From Macrostomum lignano (Eukaryota), in the NCBI GenBank assembly GCA_002269645.1, contig NIVC01002434.1:1-64000 (forward strand): 64,000 nt of DNA. The letters are read 5' to 3'. How positions within the stretch are numbered: position 1 is the first letter of the stretch; every line of letters begins with the position of its first letter. Shown one piece after another: positions 36,904 to 50,665 of this stretch. Both the position numbers and the translations under genes were made by a program. Below the pieces are notes generated by a model that did no database searches, had not been told where the DNA came from, and saw nothing but the letters and a program-made list of their open reading frames with translations.

Positions 36904-39900
36904 ATGCTGCAATCCAAGGTGCTGATGCGCCACCCGATGTTGAAGTGGTTCTTAATGTCCCACGAGAAGCAGTCCTACGTGCTGCAGCTGGCTATTCTGT
37001 CTCTGGCTATGATTCTGTGTAAGTATTTGTTTATATTGACTTGGTTGAAATAGAACTGAATAAATCGGTTGATTTTACTGAGAATTGTTTTAATTTCATT
37101 GGCTGTTAGTCTAGCTTCAATTTCATTGGCTGTTAGTCTAGCTTCAATTTCATTGGCTGTTAGTCTAGCTTCAATTTCATTTGCTGTTCGGCTAGCTTCA
37201 ATTTCATTGGCTGTTAGGCTAGCCTCAATTTCATTGGCTGTTAGTCTAGCTTCAATTTCATTGGCTGTTAGTCTAGCTTCAATTTCATTTGCTGTTCGGC
37301 TAGCTTCAATTTCATTGGCTGTTAGGCTAGCTTAAATTTCATTGGCTGTTAAGCTAGCTTCATTTTGATTGGTTGTCGGGCAGCTCATGTATCGAATTCA
37401 GCCTATCTAAACTTACATTCCACCGCAACCCTGCAGCCTTCTGCACCCGCCTGTTCTCCGTGATCCGATTCGGCTCCATGATCCACGAGTTCGATCCCTA
37501 CTTCAACTATCGCACTACAAAGTACCTGGCCGAAAAAGGTTTCTACGAATTTCATAACTGGTTCGACGACCGAGCCTGGTACCCGCTCGGGCGCATCATT
37601 GGCGGCACGATCTATCCCGGCCTCATGGTTACCAGCACCGCTCTGTACCATCTGTTGAACACTTTCAACTTCACCGTTGACATTCGTGAGGTTTGCGTAT
37701 TCTTGGCGCCGCTGTTTAGCTCGCTAACAACTCTGGTCACCTTCCTGATGACGCGGGAGTTGCACAGCACCGGTGCTGGCCTGTTCGCCGCCTGCTGCAT
37801 CAGCATCGTGCCAGGCTACATCTCCCGCTCCGTTGCCGGCTCCTACGATAACGAAGGCATCGCCATATTCTGCATGCTGCTCACCTATTATTTCTGGATT
37901 AAATCGGTGAAGACTGGCTCGCTATGCTGGTCGGCCTGCTGCGCCCTGTCCTATTTCTACATGGTGTCCGCCTGGGGCGGCTACGTTTTCCTAGTCAACC
38001 TCATCCCTATTCACGTGCTCTGCCTCATGCTCACTGGCCGATTTCATCACAAAATCTACGTTGCCTATTCCACATTCTATTGTTTAGGCACCGTATTGTC
38101 CATGCAAATTAGCTTTGTCGGTTTCCAGCCGGTCCAGACATCCGAGCATATGGGCGCTCTGGGCGTGTTCGGCCTGTGCCAGATCTATAGCTTTGTTGAG
38201 TACGTTCGATCCAAGCTGACTAAGGAGAACTTCACGGCTCTATTCAGGACTATACTCATGTTCTCTCTGGGCTGCTTCGCCCTGTTCTTCGCTGTGCTCA
38301 CTCTCAGCGGCAAAGTGGCACCTTGGACTGGCCGCTTCTATTCTCTGTTGGACCCGAGCTACGCTAAGAACAACATCCCGATCATTGCGTCCGTGTCCGA
38401 GCATCAGCCTACGGCCTGGTCCAGCTTCTATTTCGATTTGCACGTGCTGACTATCATGTTCCCTGTTGGATTGTACTATTGCTTCAAGAACCTGACGGAT
38501 CATAACATCTTTGTGATCCTGTACGGTGTCACCTCAATCTACTTTGCCGTGAGTGACGTTTATTTTCTATGTAGTTTTAACAGATTTTAATGAGTTTATA
38601 GAAACAGCCGTTTACCTATGAGATTCTGATACGATTATCTCACTGTGAGATTTTGATAAGGTCATCTCACTATGAGATTTTGATACAGTTATCTCACTAT
38701 GAGATTTCAATACGGTTATCCCACTATGAGATTTTGATAAGGTCATCTCACTATGAGATTTTGATACTGTTATCTCACTATGAGATTTCAATACGGTTAT
38801 CCCACTATGAGATTTTGATAAGGTCATCTCACTATGAAATTTTGCTACAGTCATCTCACTGTGAGATTTCAATACGGTTATCTCACTATGAGATTTCAAT
38901 ACGGTCATCTCACTGTGAGATTTCAATACTGTTATCTCACTATGAGATTTTGAGATTTTGAACGAGCCATCTCATTTTAAAATTTTTAATCCAGCCATTT
39001 CACTATGAGATTTTGAATTTTTGATACGATCAGTTTACTTGATATTATGAGATTTTCAGACACGGTATATTTGCATCAAATTTCTGTTAAACTTCCCCTG
39101 CATACTACTGTTAGTATTAGCAAGATCTGCACTCTGCTATTCACAATTGTCAGGGCGTGATGGTCCGTCTGATGCTGGTGCTGGCCCCCATCATGTGCAT
39201 CCTTGGCGGCATCGGGCTCAGCAGCGTCGCCTCCACCTACGTTCGCAACATCGACCTGACCCGTAAAGAGGATAAAAAGTCAAAGAAGTCAGCCGACAAT
39301 TATCCAATTAAAAGCGAAGTGGCCCTTGTTGTTGTCTGCATAGTTGGCGCCTTCATGATGTTCTACGCTCAGCACTGCGTCTGGGTTACTAGCGAAGCCT
39401 ACTCCAGCCCCAGCATTGTGCTGTCCGCCGAGACCGCCCACGGTCGCATCATTTTCGACGACTATCGCGAAGCCTACTGGTGGCTGAGGCGGAACACTCC
39501 CCCCGATGCTAAAGTGATGAGCTGGTGGGACTACGGCTATCAGATTAGCGCTATAGCTAATCGAACTGTACTAGTGGATAATAACACCTGGAATAATACT
39601 CATATTAGCCGCGTTGGCCAGGCTATGTCCTCTCCGGAGGAGCGAGCCTATCCTATTATGCGAGAGTTGGATGTTGACTATGTTTTGGTCATCTTTGGCG
39701 GCCTGTCGGGCTATTCGTCTGACGATATTAACAAATTCCTCTGGATGGTCCGTATTGGCGGCAGCACGCCTAGCGGAGAGCACATTAAAGAGCACGATTA
39801 TTATACTCCCCAGGTGAGTCTGTTTTATTGAGTAGCTCTCTAACTGTAGGTCTTTGTGTCTGCTTTAGTTGTAGGTCTTTGTGTCTGCTTTAGTTGTAGG

Positions 39901-40809
39901 TCTTTGTGTCTGTCTCAGCTGTAGGTCTTTGTGTCTGCTTTAGTTGTAGGTCTTTGTGTCTGTCTCAACTGTAGGTCTTTGTGTCTCTCTCAACTGTAGG
40001 TCTTTGTGTCTCTCTCAACTGTAGGTCTTTGTGTCTCTCTCAACTGTAGGTCTTTGTGTCTCTCTTAACTGTAGGTCTTTGTGTCTGCTTTAGTTGTAGG
40101 TATTTGTGTCTGTCTCAACTGTAGGTCTTTGTGTCTCTCTCAACTGTAGGTCTTTGTGTCTCTCTCAACTGTAGGTCTTTGTGTCTGTCTTAACTATAGA
40201 TATTTGTGTCTCTCAACTGTAGGTCTTTGTGTCTGCTTTAATTGTAGGTCTTTGTGTCTGCTTTAATTGTAGGTTTTCGTGTCTGTTTAACTGTAGGTCT
40301 TTGTGTCTATTTTAACTGTAGATATTTGTGTCTGCTAATCTGCTTTAGTTATAGGTCTTTGTGTCTGCTTTAGCAGTAGGTCTTTGTGCCTGTTTTAACT
40401 GTAGATATTTGTGTCTGCTTTAGTTATAGGTCTTTGTGTCTGCTTTAACTGTACAGGCCTTTGAGTCTGTCCCAACTGCAGGTCTTTGTGATTTTCCAAT
40501 GGGCTGCCTTGAGCACAATCACGAGCCACTTTCCCCCTAAAACACACCGCACACCAGGGCGAGTTCCGCGTAGACAAGCTGGGCAGCAAGACTCTGCTGA
40601 ACTGCCTGATGTACAAGCTGAGCTACTACCGGTTCGGCAGCATGTACACCCAGACTGGTCAGCCCTCCGGCTACGATCGGGTTCGCAACGCCGAGATTGG
40701 CAACAAAGACTTCGAGCTGACCTATCTGGAGGAGGCCTACACCACGGAGCACTGGATAGTGCGAATCTATAAAGTTAAGAAGCCGGACAACAGGGGCAAT
40801 CTGGTTTGA
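36904..40809 (+). CDS. STT3A: Oligosaccharyltransferase catalytic subunit STT3A, 712 aa; exons 36904-37018, 37437-38548, 39154-39813, 40558-40809
   Basis: Hallmark motifs [70 protein letters not shown] and [10 protein letters not shown]. The short N-terminus ([16 protein letters not shown]) resembles human STT3A rather than STT3B. GT-AG introns are in phase; the total is 2139 nt. Confidence 0.96.
37088..37365. repeat. 27-bp minisatellite (TTTCATTGGCTGTTAGTCTAGCTTCAA)n, STT3A intron 1
   Basis: Directly visible. Confidence 0.92.
38616..39055. repeat. 27-bp minisatellite with internal palindrome ATCTCA-CTA-TGAGAT, STT3A intron 2
   Basis: Directly visible. Confidence 0.9.
39843..40455. repeat. 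25-26-bp minisatellite (TGTAGGTCTTTGTGTCTGCTTTAGT)n, STT3A intron 3
   Basis: Directly visible. Confidence 0.92.
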
Positions 40810-41335
40810 GTAGTCTGTTAGCGAGTTGCCAATTGACTCTGAATTCACTCCGAAACTGCTATGCTAACTTAGTAGTGTTTTTTTATGCTGGTCACATGCA
40901 ATGCCTTGACCAGACGTAGCCCGCTTAGATTGTCTTTTAATTCTAATTTAAATTAACAACTTAACAAACTCACTAATTTTGAAGTTTCTCCGCAAAAATG
41001 ACGCCTCCCACAAAAAATGGCGCACCCCCTCAAAAAATGACGCCCCCTCAAAAGCAGGGTGCCCTCATCTAAAAAAGGCACCCTCTCAAAATGACACTAG
41101 GCAATATTTCACAACAATGACTTTACCGTTAAATTGTTTCCTAAGTAGCGAGGTCTTTGTTTAGTAGTCATTATGATTCTTTTCTATATAACTCGTACTT
41201 TTATCTGTTATTGCCTAATAAAATTGTTAATGGTTTCTGTTTTATTGACATTAAAACTGTTTTAAAAGATCGACACACACACAGGCGTTTAAGTAATCGT
41301 CTTATACAAGAAATCATGCCGATTTGACCTGAGAC

Positions 41336-41368
<33 letters not shown>

Positions 41369-42104
41369 GAGACAGACAGAGACAGAGAAAAGAAGAGGGG
41401 AGAGAGAGACCGAGAGAAAGAGAAAAGAAGAGGGGAGAGAGTAGAGTAGAGAAGAAGGGAGCTGAGAACAATCAAACTATTGTGCAGTTTCAACTCACCA
41501 TCGATACATATCGTCTGTAGCAGGCTTTAAAAGTCGATCCTTGATTTTATAAAAACCAACGCCAGTTTTATATGTCTGTTGCTTTCCTAACTAAATAAAT
41601 GTACGTCGATTTACCTTTCTACTGTTATAAATATAATTAAGTAGCCACATTCGGTGACTTGAATTTAGATATTGAACAAGTTTTCCTCTTGTCTCCCTCA
41701 CTTTCTCGGTGTGCGTTTTTCTGTATCGAAGTCTTTAGCCTATTAATCTGCAATCTTGTCAAAAACAGCCACACTAAATGCTGATTGTCTAATTCTAATA
41801 AATCAATTCAAAACTGTGTTTGCCACTCTCAATAAAATTTGCGACCTCTGCGCTGCCAATAATAGACTTACTAATGCTCGATATTTATAATTACTAAACG
41901 ATTCATTTAGTCCAATGCTTTAGTAAAATATGTTATATCATCTGCATAAATAAACTGACGGGGTGAACGCGGTTGTTAGTGGTAAATTCTTTGTTATTAT
42001 TGCTTAATCGGAGTGACTTACGGAGCTTTTAAATTTCGTTCTTTGCAATCCTACTAGCGTCATTCTGAATTAATATCCCAACTACACTACTGTCACCCTA
42101 CTAT

Positions 42105-43220
42105 CGTCACTGATGTCACCCTACTATCCTCACTGATGTCACCCTACTATCGTCACTGATGTCACCCTAATATCGTCACTGATGTCACCCTACTATCCTC
42201 ACTGATTTCACCCTACTATCGTCACTGATGTCACCCTACTATCCTCACTGATGTCACCCTACTATCGTCACTGATGTCACCCTACTATCCTCACTGATGT
42301 CACCCTACTATCGTCACTGATTTCACCCTACTATCCTCACTGATTTCACCCTACTATCGTCACTGATGTCACTCTACTATCGTCACTGATGTCACCCTAC
42401 TATCGTCACTGATGTCACCCTACTATCCTCACTGATGTCACCCTACTATCCTCACTGATGTCACAGTGACGATATGATGATGTCAGTATACATATCGTCA
42501 CTGATGTCACCCTACTATCGTCACAGATGTCACCCTACTATCGTCACTGATGTCACTCTACTATCGTCACTGATGTCACTCTACTATCGTCACTGATGTC
42601 ACCCTACTATCGTCACTGATGTCACCCTACTATCGTCACTGATGTCACCCTACTATCGTCACTGATGTCACAGTGACGATATGATGATGTCAGTATACAT
42701 ATCGTCACTGATGTCACCCTACTATCGTCACAGATGTCACCCTACTATCGTCACTGATGTCACTCTACTATCCTCACTGATGTCACCCTACTATCCTCAC
42801 TGATTTCACCCTACTATCGTCACTGATGTCACCCTACTATCGTCACTGATTTCACCCTACTATCCTCACTGATTTCACCCTACTATCCTCACTGATTTCA
42901 CCCTACTATCCTCACTGATGTCACTCTACTATCGTCACTGATGTCACCCTACTATCGTCACTGATGTCACCCTACTATCCTCACTGATGTCACTCTACTA
43001 TCGTCACTGATGTCACTCTACTATCGTCACTGATGTCACCCTACTATCGTCACTGATGTCACCCTACTATCCTCACTGATGTCACCCTACTATCCTCACT
43101 GATGTCACTCTACTATCGTCACTGATGTCACCCTACTATCGTCACTGATGTCACCCTACTATCCTCACTGATGTCACCCTACTAGCGTCACTGATTTCAC
43201 CCTACTAGCGTCACTGATCA
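42105..43220. repeat. 23-bp minisatellite (GTCACCCTACTATCGTCACTGAT)n
   Basis: Directly visible; contains two inverted inserts. Confidence 0.95.
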
Positions 43221-43410
43221 CATGAAATCATTGAATTTGGGCCAAAATCATCCAGCTGTCATATCGACCATTTCAACAAAATAGCAGTTTACGCATGAGT
43301 CAAATTTTATTATATAATTAATGGCTGTCGAATATGTAACTCGCTGCTGTATACATGTTGAAGTCTATGCCTACATGTACCTTTTGTATTCCAGTATCTG
43401 GAGTGTCAAT

Positions 43411-43827
43411 TCAAGGACCACTGCAGTAAAACATTACGTGAAACTCAAAGATCGTGTAGTTTTTAGGGGGCCAGTTTCCTGGGGAAAATACACTGCAGAG
43501 ATAGGAAAGAAATTTTTCTTCACAAAATCTATGACGGATTGGATTTGATCTGGGGCAGCTATAGTGAAGATTACCAGTATTTTAATTTAGCATTAGCATG
43601 TACAGCATGTTAACTCTGTATTTTATATAATGTTTTATTTTTACTTCACAAGTCCACTAGCTAAATACTCACGTGAAATATTTGTTCCCTTTTTTGAATC
43701 AAGTTAGCTTCTTGCATGCAGCAAGGCCTCTTAGCCTAAGTGTAGAGTGTTCTACCTCCATCAAAAAGTGATAAAATTGTTAACGTACTACTAGATAGAT
43801 AGATAAATAGATAGATAGATAGATAGG

Positions 43828-43870
<43 letters not shown>

Positions 43871-43895
43871 GTAGATAGATAGATAGATAGATAGG

Positions 43896-43937
<42 letters not shown>

Positions 43938-43938
43938 C

Positions 43939-44033
<95 letters not shown>

Positions 44034-44094
44034 GATAGATAGATACATACCATGGTAGATAGATAGATAGATACATAGATAGATACATAGATAA

Positions 44095-44165
<71 letters not shown>

Positions 44166-44339
44166 TAATGTAACCTTCACTGCCGCAGATCAAATGCAAT
44201 CAATCATTGATTTTGGGATAAAAAAAGATTTTTTCCTTTATCCGCAGTAGTGTATTCTTTCCCAGGAAACTGCCCCCCCCCAAAATAAAATTACACGATC
44301 TTTGAGTTTTACGCCCTGTTTTACTGCAGTGGTCATTGA
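43411..44339. mobile_element. Non-autonomous long-TIR (foldback/MITE-like) element with internal (AGAT)n, unclassified
   Basis: Diverged inverted repeats about 43411-43577 and 44169-44339 (e.g. gaccactgcagtaaaac..aactcaaagatcgtgta vs tacacgatctttgagtt..gttttactgcagtggtc). Flanked by direct repeat gtcaat (43405-43410, 44340-44345). Confidence 0.7.
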
Positions 44340-44961
44340 GTCAATTCTGTAAGTTTCTGCGTCAGTCCAAGTTTTGTCTACTTTTAGTAGCAGATGTAGC
44401 GTATTAAAATTAATTGGAGATACACGTAAGCTGTGTAACTCGCCATAAACAGTTCTCAACAAAAAGGCCTGTTTGCTCAACAATTTATGAGCACGAGAGA
44501 GTTGGCAGAACATCAGGTCGTTTCCGTGACCTGACCCGACCTCGCGTTAACTTTTATTCTATTCAAGCTATGTACATATGCATATACTATATATAATACT
44601 ACCGATAGAATTAAGGATTCACTCTGCACACAGAAGCAGCAGTTTCTGTTTGCCTGCTGAGGCATTTCTTTCGACTGGCACTTCTTCTAAATGAAAGCGC
44701 TTTCAGGGTTAGGACGCGATTTTTTACTCTCTGTTTGATGAGCATCTGTGTGACTGCCAGGCATGAGACTTGCGCCCACACTCTTGCCACGTAGCAATGG
44801 AGGAAGACTGCAGCAGAGAAGGTTGGCAATAATTTTCGGTGCAATTAAATTTTTCCTTTGCTGTTTGTGAGGGTCACGCGTTTAGCTGTGGGGCGTCTCT
44901 CTAGAAGGGAGCCTTACATGTATCTCAACGCACCCATCACTCGGGCGTCCCTAGCACCCAG

Positions 44962-45510
44962 GCACTCATTTTGGCGCCCCAGGCAAGCTCATTTTGGCGC
45001 CACAGACACTCATTTTGGCGCCACAGACACTCATTTTGGCGCCGCAGGCAGGCACTCATTTTGGCGCCGCAGGCAGGCACTCATTTTGGCGCCGCAGGCA
45101 GGCACTCATTTTGGCGTCACAGACACTCATTTTGGCGCCCAGGCAAGCTCATTTTGGCGCCACAGACACTCATTTTGGCGCCACAGACACTCACTTTGGC
45201 GCCCAGGCAAGCTCATTTTGGCGCCGCAGGCAGGCACTCATTTTGGCGCCGCAGGCAGGCACTCATTTTGGCGCCACAGACACTCACTTTGGCGCCCCAG
45301 GCACTCATTTTGGCGCCGCAGGCAGGCACTCATTTTGGCGCCACAGACACTCACTTTGGCGCCCCAGGCACTCATTTTGGCGCCGCAGGCTCTATATTTT
45401 GACACCCTGAAGCAAAATATTTTTATTTCCACAACGGGTTACAATTGCTGGGGTGGGGGACTAGCATAGGCATATGTCCCTCTGTCCCCCTCCGCGGTTG
45501 CGACGCCCCT
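44962..45510. repeat. 21-bp GGCACTCATTTTGGCGCC array (44962-45390) ending in a hAT-like terminus (..gcgacgcccctg 45510); probable truncated non-autonomous DNA element
   Basis: The array is directly visible. The terminus resembles the CAGGGGCG ends of hAT-type MITEs; the other end and a TSD were not found. Confidence 0.6.
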
Positions 45511-46147
45511 GTATGCTTTAGTATCCCTGGCAACCGTGTATGCTTTCAAATTCGACACGCTTCAAGGTGGCCCTGAACCGAGAATACGAAAAGGATTTTA
45601 TTGAATAAAATTCATGTAATCAATAAGGAATGGTAGCAACTATATGCTTAAGATATAGCAAGGTCTGACTGCAATTTCCTGGAGGAATTAGTCCAATACG
45701 TAAATCCTTGACGCTATTGAAAATCGCGAGTGTTTTGTTATTAACTTACTGCAGTTTCTGGGTGGCTAATAAAAATTTGCACCATGCATATACCGACCCT
45801 GGCTTGAAGGCTTGAACAGGAGTCAGTGTAAGGTAACCTATAATAGGGCTAGGTAATTGGGATCCAGCTCTCATGACTGCGGGCCTGCAGATGAGAGGGG
45901 AGAGGAGAGAAGAGAGAATCCGGGCCGGATTGCCATATTGTGAATTTTCAAAGGACCCGATCGGGAGGCCCCATGGAGCTTGTTTACATGTGCAGCTTTT
46001 TACGTGCGCCATATAGTTAAAGGGGAAATATTGGTTGCTATAGCCAGTTGCCTTCAAGTTATGCAGATTTGGCTGTACACCCCGTGTGTTATGAGTGCTT
46101 GCCTGCGCAACGGTATTGACACACTTAATAATAATTTGATTAAAATA

Positions 46148-46350
46148 TTACACCTGTTCTAAAATGAGCAGATTATCTGTGCAACCGACAGCTCAGCCGC
46201 AGCTATTGCGCGGCGCATCTGAAGGCTGCGTATGGCTGTTCAGTCCAAGGACTGGGGGTCGCCACACACAGCCTCAATTACCCCAGCCAATGTTGGCACC
46301 CATTTTACAGCTTGGTGAACTGAAGTAGTGCAGAGTTGTGTCTTGCTTGT
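46148..46350 (-). mobile_element. Same SINE family, 5'-truncated copy
   Basis: Reverse complement of the body/tail of 3001-3297 (gtgcaaccgacagctcagccgcagc...ttttacagcttggtgaactgaag). Confidence 0.8.
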
Positions 46351-47561
46351 GTCATCGAAGGCGCTTCGCCAGGGTGCCCGTAGCTATAGTGACTTTTTGC
46401 ATGAAAGCCGGCCTTCAAAATTCCCAAAGCAACGAGGTTTCCGGTTTTTCCACATAAGCTAGTTGGAACTAACATTCCTACATTAGGAGGTCAATAAGGA
46501 CGTCAACTAATCAAAAGCTTTTTGTAGTTTTTGCGGCACTACAAAATCAATCAAATGACGGGTTTATAGCTACATATACAGTGGCTAACAAAAAGGGGGA
46601 CTTCAGTTTCCATGTGACAGCCAGCTGTGCATCATAATAGCTACGGCTTCTGCAGTATGGGCAGAGAACTATACAGGTGCATTAATCAGTTTAGACAGCT
46701 GGCAGCCGCAGGAGAGGAAGGAAACCGTGAATGCCACGGTGTCTAGCTAGCTCGTTTATTGTGTCCACGCTCTGTGTGACAGCACACTATTTCAGTAGGA
46801 AAAGTACTTTTCTTCATAAAATCATGGCCAATCTTTTTAATTTTACTTTTACAGCCAGCACGCGCCAATTTGGAATTGAAAAAAGAGAGAGACTCGGAAC
46901 ATGCACTTTTATAATTTTAATGTACTTTTACACCGAGAATGCACTATAGTACGATCTAATACAGCCTAGCATGAGATAAGGATCTAAGGATGGTGGCAGA
47001 GCCACTGAGGACGAAGATCTGGGAGGGTAGCGGTGCTTCGGACTAATCCAACTAATTCAGACTCGCATTCGGAATCAGCAAGCCTTTTCTCAATAAATTG
47101 AGCTCTGCAGATGCCCCTGATGACGTATGCAGAATTTGAATAAGCCAGACGCTTCTTGCGTGCCCTCTGCACGCGAAGGTTAGACTTACGGCAAAGGGAG
47201 AGAGAGAGAGAGAGAGAGAGAATACGGGAAGGGATAATCGGGATGAGGGATTTCCGATGCGCGTGAGGATCGCGGCGCGTCTGCAACCGGAGCTCAAAGG
47301 GAATAGCATTTTTAATGCCTAGCAGATTTACTGCTTCAAAAGAAAATTATCTTCTTCAGATTAAAAAAATTGAGCCTCGTTTCGAAAGTTGCTGCGTGCA
47401 CATGGAATATTCTTTCTTTTCTATATTCGCATCAGTGAAACCAAAGCGACACGGAGTACCTGAATAACGAGTAGTAATGAAATAATCTTTTTTAAAGGTG
47501 GCAGCAGAACGCCCAGTGGATCCTCTGATACATACACGTACGAGCGTAGATAGCCTAGCAA

Positions 47562-47752
47562 CTAAGGATCTGGGAGGCTGGCCCTGCAACTGAGGATCTG
47601 GGAGGCTGGCCCAGCAACTGAGGATCTGGGAGGCTGGCCCAGCAACTGAGGATCTGGGAGGCTGGTGGCCCAGCAACTGAGGATCTGGGAGGCTGGCCCA
47701 GCAACTGAGGATCTGGGAGGCTGGCCCAGTAACTGAGGATCTGGGAGGCTGC
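47562..47752 (-). repeat. 28-bp minisatellite, same family as 34955-35555
   Basis: Reverse-complement units gatctgggaggctggcccagcaactgag. Confidence 0.92.
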
Positions 47753-50439
47753 CGTCGGCCCCTTTGAGGATATTGTAAGAGATTTCCTTCCTACGATGGC
47801 AGAATGCAAATTGCAGGGTCCAAATGGAAATGGCAAGAATTTATTGATCTGCAAGGTCGAGAGGCAAGAGTTAGCAGCACTATAGGGGGGGGGGGGGAGG
47901 GCGAGTGACTGAGAGCAAAGCAGAGCAAACGGCCTGTGCATGCATTGCCCCATCAAATTACTCCGAGTGCTGCAGCGAGGCTCAAAGCGCACACAGAGAT
48001 GCTGCGTCAATAGCATATTCGTCATTGTTCGTTGCTTTTATTTTTTTCAAGAATTTCGAGCAAGGGGTTATCTGCGAGTGTTGAAAGCGAACAATGAGCC
48101 TCTCTAGCTGTATGCACTCAAAGTTTTTCTCTTGGCGAAACAGCCTTTGACGAAATTACTTCAAGCTATCTAGTCAAAGCTCAAACAGCTATCGTCACTT
48201 CATTTCAGAATTGAGAGTGAAATTTGAATAGAGAATTAAGATTTTTGAAGCATGTGTTTTAGTTTACTGTTTTAAATCGAACTGGTAAATAAGGTTGAAA
48301 AACTATAGTAACACTAACGACATTCATCGTGCAGCAGCACTTCCAATCGGCCAGCTGCGTACGAGTAAATAGAATGTGCGGTGCGCGTTCGCGTATGACT
48401 TGAATTGCGAACTACAAGAATCGGCAACGATACACAGCAATTTGTTTACTGTGATGCCCAACAGCTAGTTTCAGTTCAGTAGCACTAACTGTTCTGTTTA
48501 ATGAAGTGCTGATGCCTTTTTTAGTGGGGGGGGGTCATTAGGCCTCGGAAATTTAGTAAAGTTGAGTTGTCTCAGCTTCAAATTCGGGAAATGAAAGGTC
48601 ACAGAAACGGATTTGGCTTTCTTATTTTGCAGTTAACTCAAATCCATTCCCAACTTAATTTGGGAAATGGCATGCAACACACAGTAGCAATCGGTTTATT
48701 GCCTGTATTATGGAGGAAAAAAGTCTAGCAAATGCAGTCATACGCAGATTGTTAATCCCACTGTCAAGGCAAGGCTGATCAACATCGGCACAGTCTGCAG
48801 CGACAGGTTAACTGACTTCCGCTCATATATATGATTATTTGGGATAGTGCCAAGTTGACAACTGCTACCAGCGATAAGATTAGCCAAGCAGGATTAACTT
48901 CTTACCAGCTTACTAGGGGAAATGAGACGAAACGGTATAGCACATACTTTGCTCTATAGCCTTTTGTTAGGTAATAAAATAGAAGTACGGGCCAAGAGTT
49001 TAAAACTTACCTCGAATAAAATAAATAAAATATTGTCGTCATAATATTCGTTAACAACATCAATTGTAAAGAATGCAAATGTTTGCAATAATATAAAAAC
49101 TGACCTGATTTTTCTTAGTTGGCTGAATTGGATTAAAGCGTAGGTCTCTCTGACCCGACGTGACCCCAACGCCTTCCCTAAGGTAGCGGGATCTGGCCGG
49201 TTGTTTTTCAAGATTTCAAGGTGGAAAATTTTCTATCCTTAGTCAGCGACTGCTGAAGCCAGCAAAGAAGCCGAAAATCACTAGCTAATTTCTAGCAAAT
49301 TTTTTTGGGGCCCTGTTTATAAAAATTGTAAAGATTTGTCGTGAATTCGCAATCATGAGGGCACAGGGTGGGCACAATCAAGGGCAAAAAATAACTGAGT
49401 CGTGTAAAACTCTATGAGAGCTAATATTTTTTTGTAAAAAACAAACAAAATTTATATAGGTTTAAATTTTTTCGTCTGTTTATTAATGACACAATGGAAA
49501 CCAGGGCAAGGCGTACAGACAAAGGGATCACACGAGACGTCTGGGCTAATATAAAACAGAAATTTCTTTGTTAAAACAGTAACTTTCCACAATTGACATG
49601 CTTGATTTTATAACAATGACTTGTTTGTGGTATTTGACACGTCAACACGAACGATTTCAAACATGAAAAGCGAGACAGCCCCCAGCAGTTAAATACTCTG
49701 AATATATCCAATACAGTGACACATTTGCGGTAAGAAATCTTCAACAAGAAAAAAAAACGGCAGTTTCTCATTAGACTTGTTTACCTGTTCGTACCATCGC
49801 GGGGGTTAGAATTGTAAGAAAAAATTGAACTTAACGAAGCAGAGTAGCTCGAGCAAAGAGCTGGTTTATTTTTATAATCCAAGCAAAAGATAAAGATGGA
49901 TGGCTGTATAGCATTAGGTAGTTTTGGTAAGATGCTTCAGCTGCAAATATTCGCCGTTTGTCAACAGAACCCACAGTTTATACATTTCCTTCTTGAGTTA
50001 AACTAAAGAAATAACAAGCGGAGAAAAAGTGGTCATCGAGAGAGTAAGGATTAGCTAGAAAAACTTGATAAATCACATATAAAATCAATGACAATAGTAC
50101 TTGATCCGCTACGGCCTACACCGAAACATTAAATACGGACAGAGCAAAGCAGGGACCTCAACACAGAAGAGTAATAAATAAGCATACATTGATAAATTGA
50201 CACATCTAATAGTATGATAATGAAATAAAACAAGAAAATTAATATTACGAGATCATATAGTTATAGGACAGAGATATTAGTTGCGAGTCAACAGGATGTG
50301 CATATTAATTTGCTCCCGCTCACCTGATTTACCTATCTATCCAGTGTAAATACACTTCGGCCAGGGTGTGTGCACAAACAGTGTACAATAACTGCTTTCT
50401 TCTGCGTTCTATCTAGAGGCATAATTAATATAATAATAA

Positions 50440-50665
50440 AATTAATCTACCCTACTCGTAATGGCCAGATGTGCAACCGACAGCTCAGCCGCAGCTATTG
50501 CGCGGTGCATCTGAAGGCTGCGTACGGCTGTTCAGTCCAAGGACTGGGGGGTCGCCTCACACCCTCAATTACCCCAGCTAATGCTGGCACCCATTTTACA
50601 GCTGGGTGAACTGAAGCAGTGCAGAGTTAAGTGACTTGCTCAAGGACACAAATTGTTCCGAGTGG
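50440..50665 (-). mobile_element. Same SINE family, 5'-truncated copy
   Basis: Reverse complement of the body/tail of 3001-3297 up to ttgctcaaggacacaaattgttc. Confidence 0.8.
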
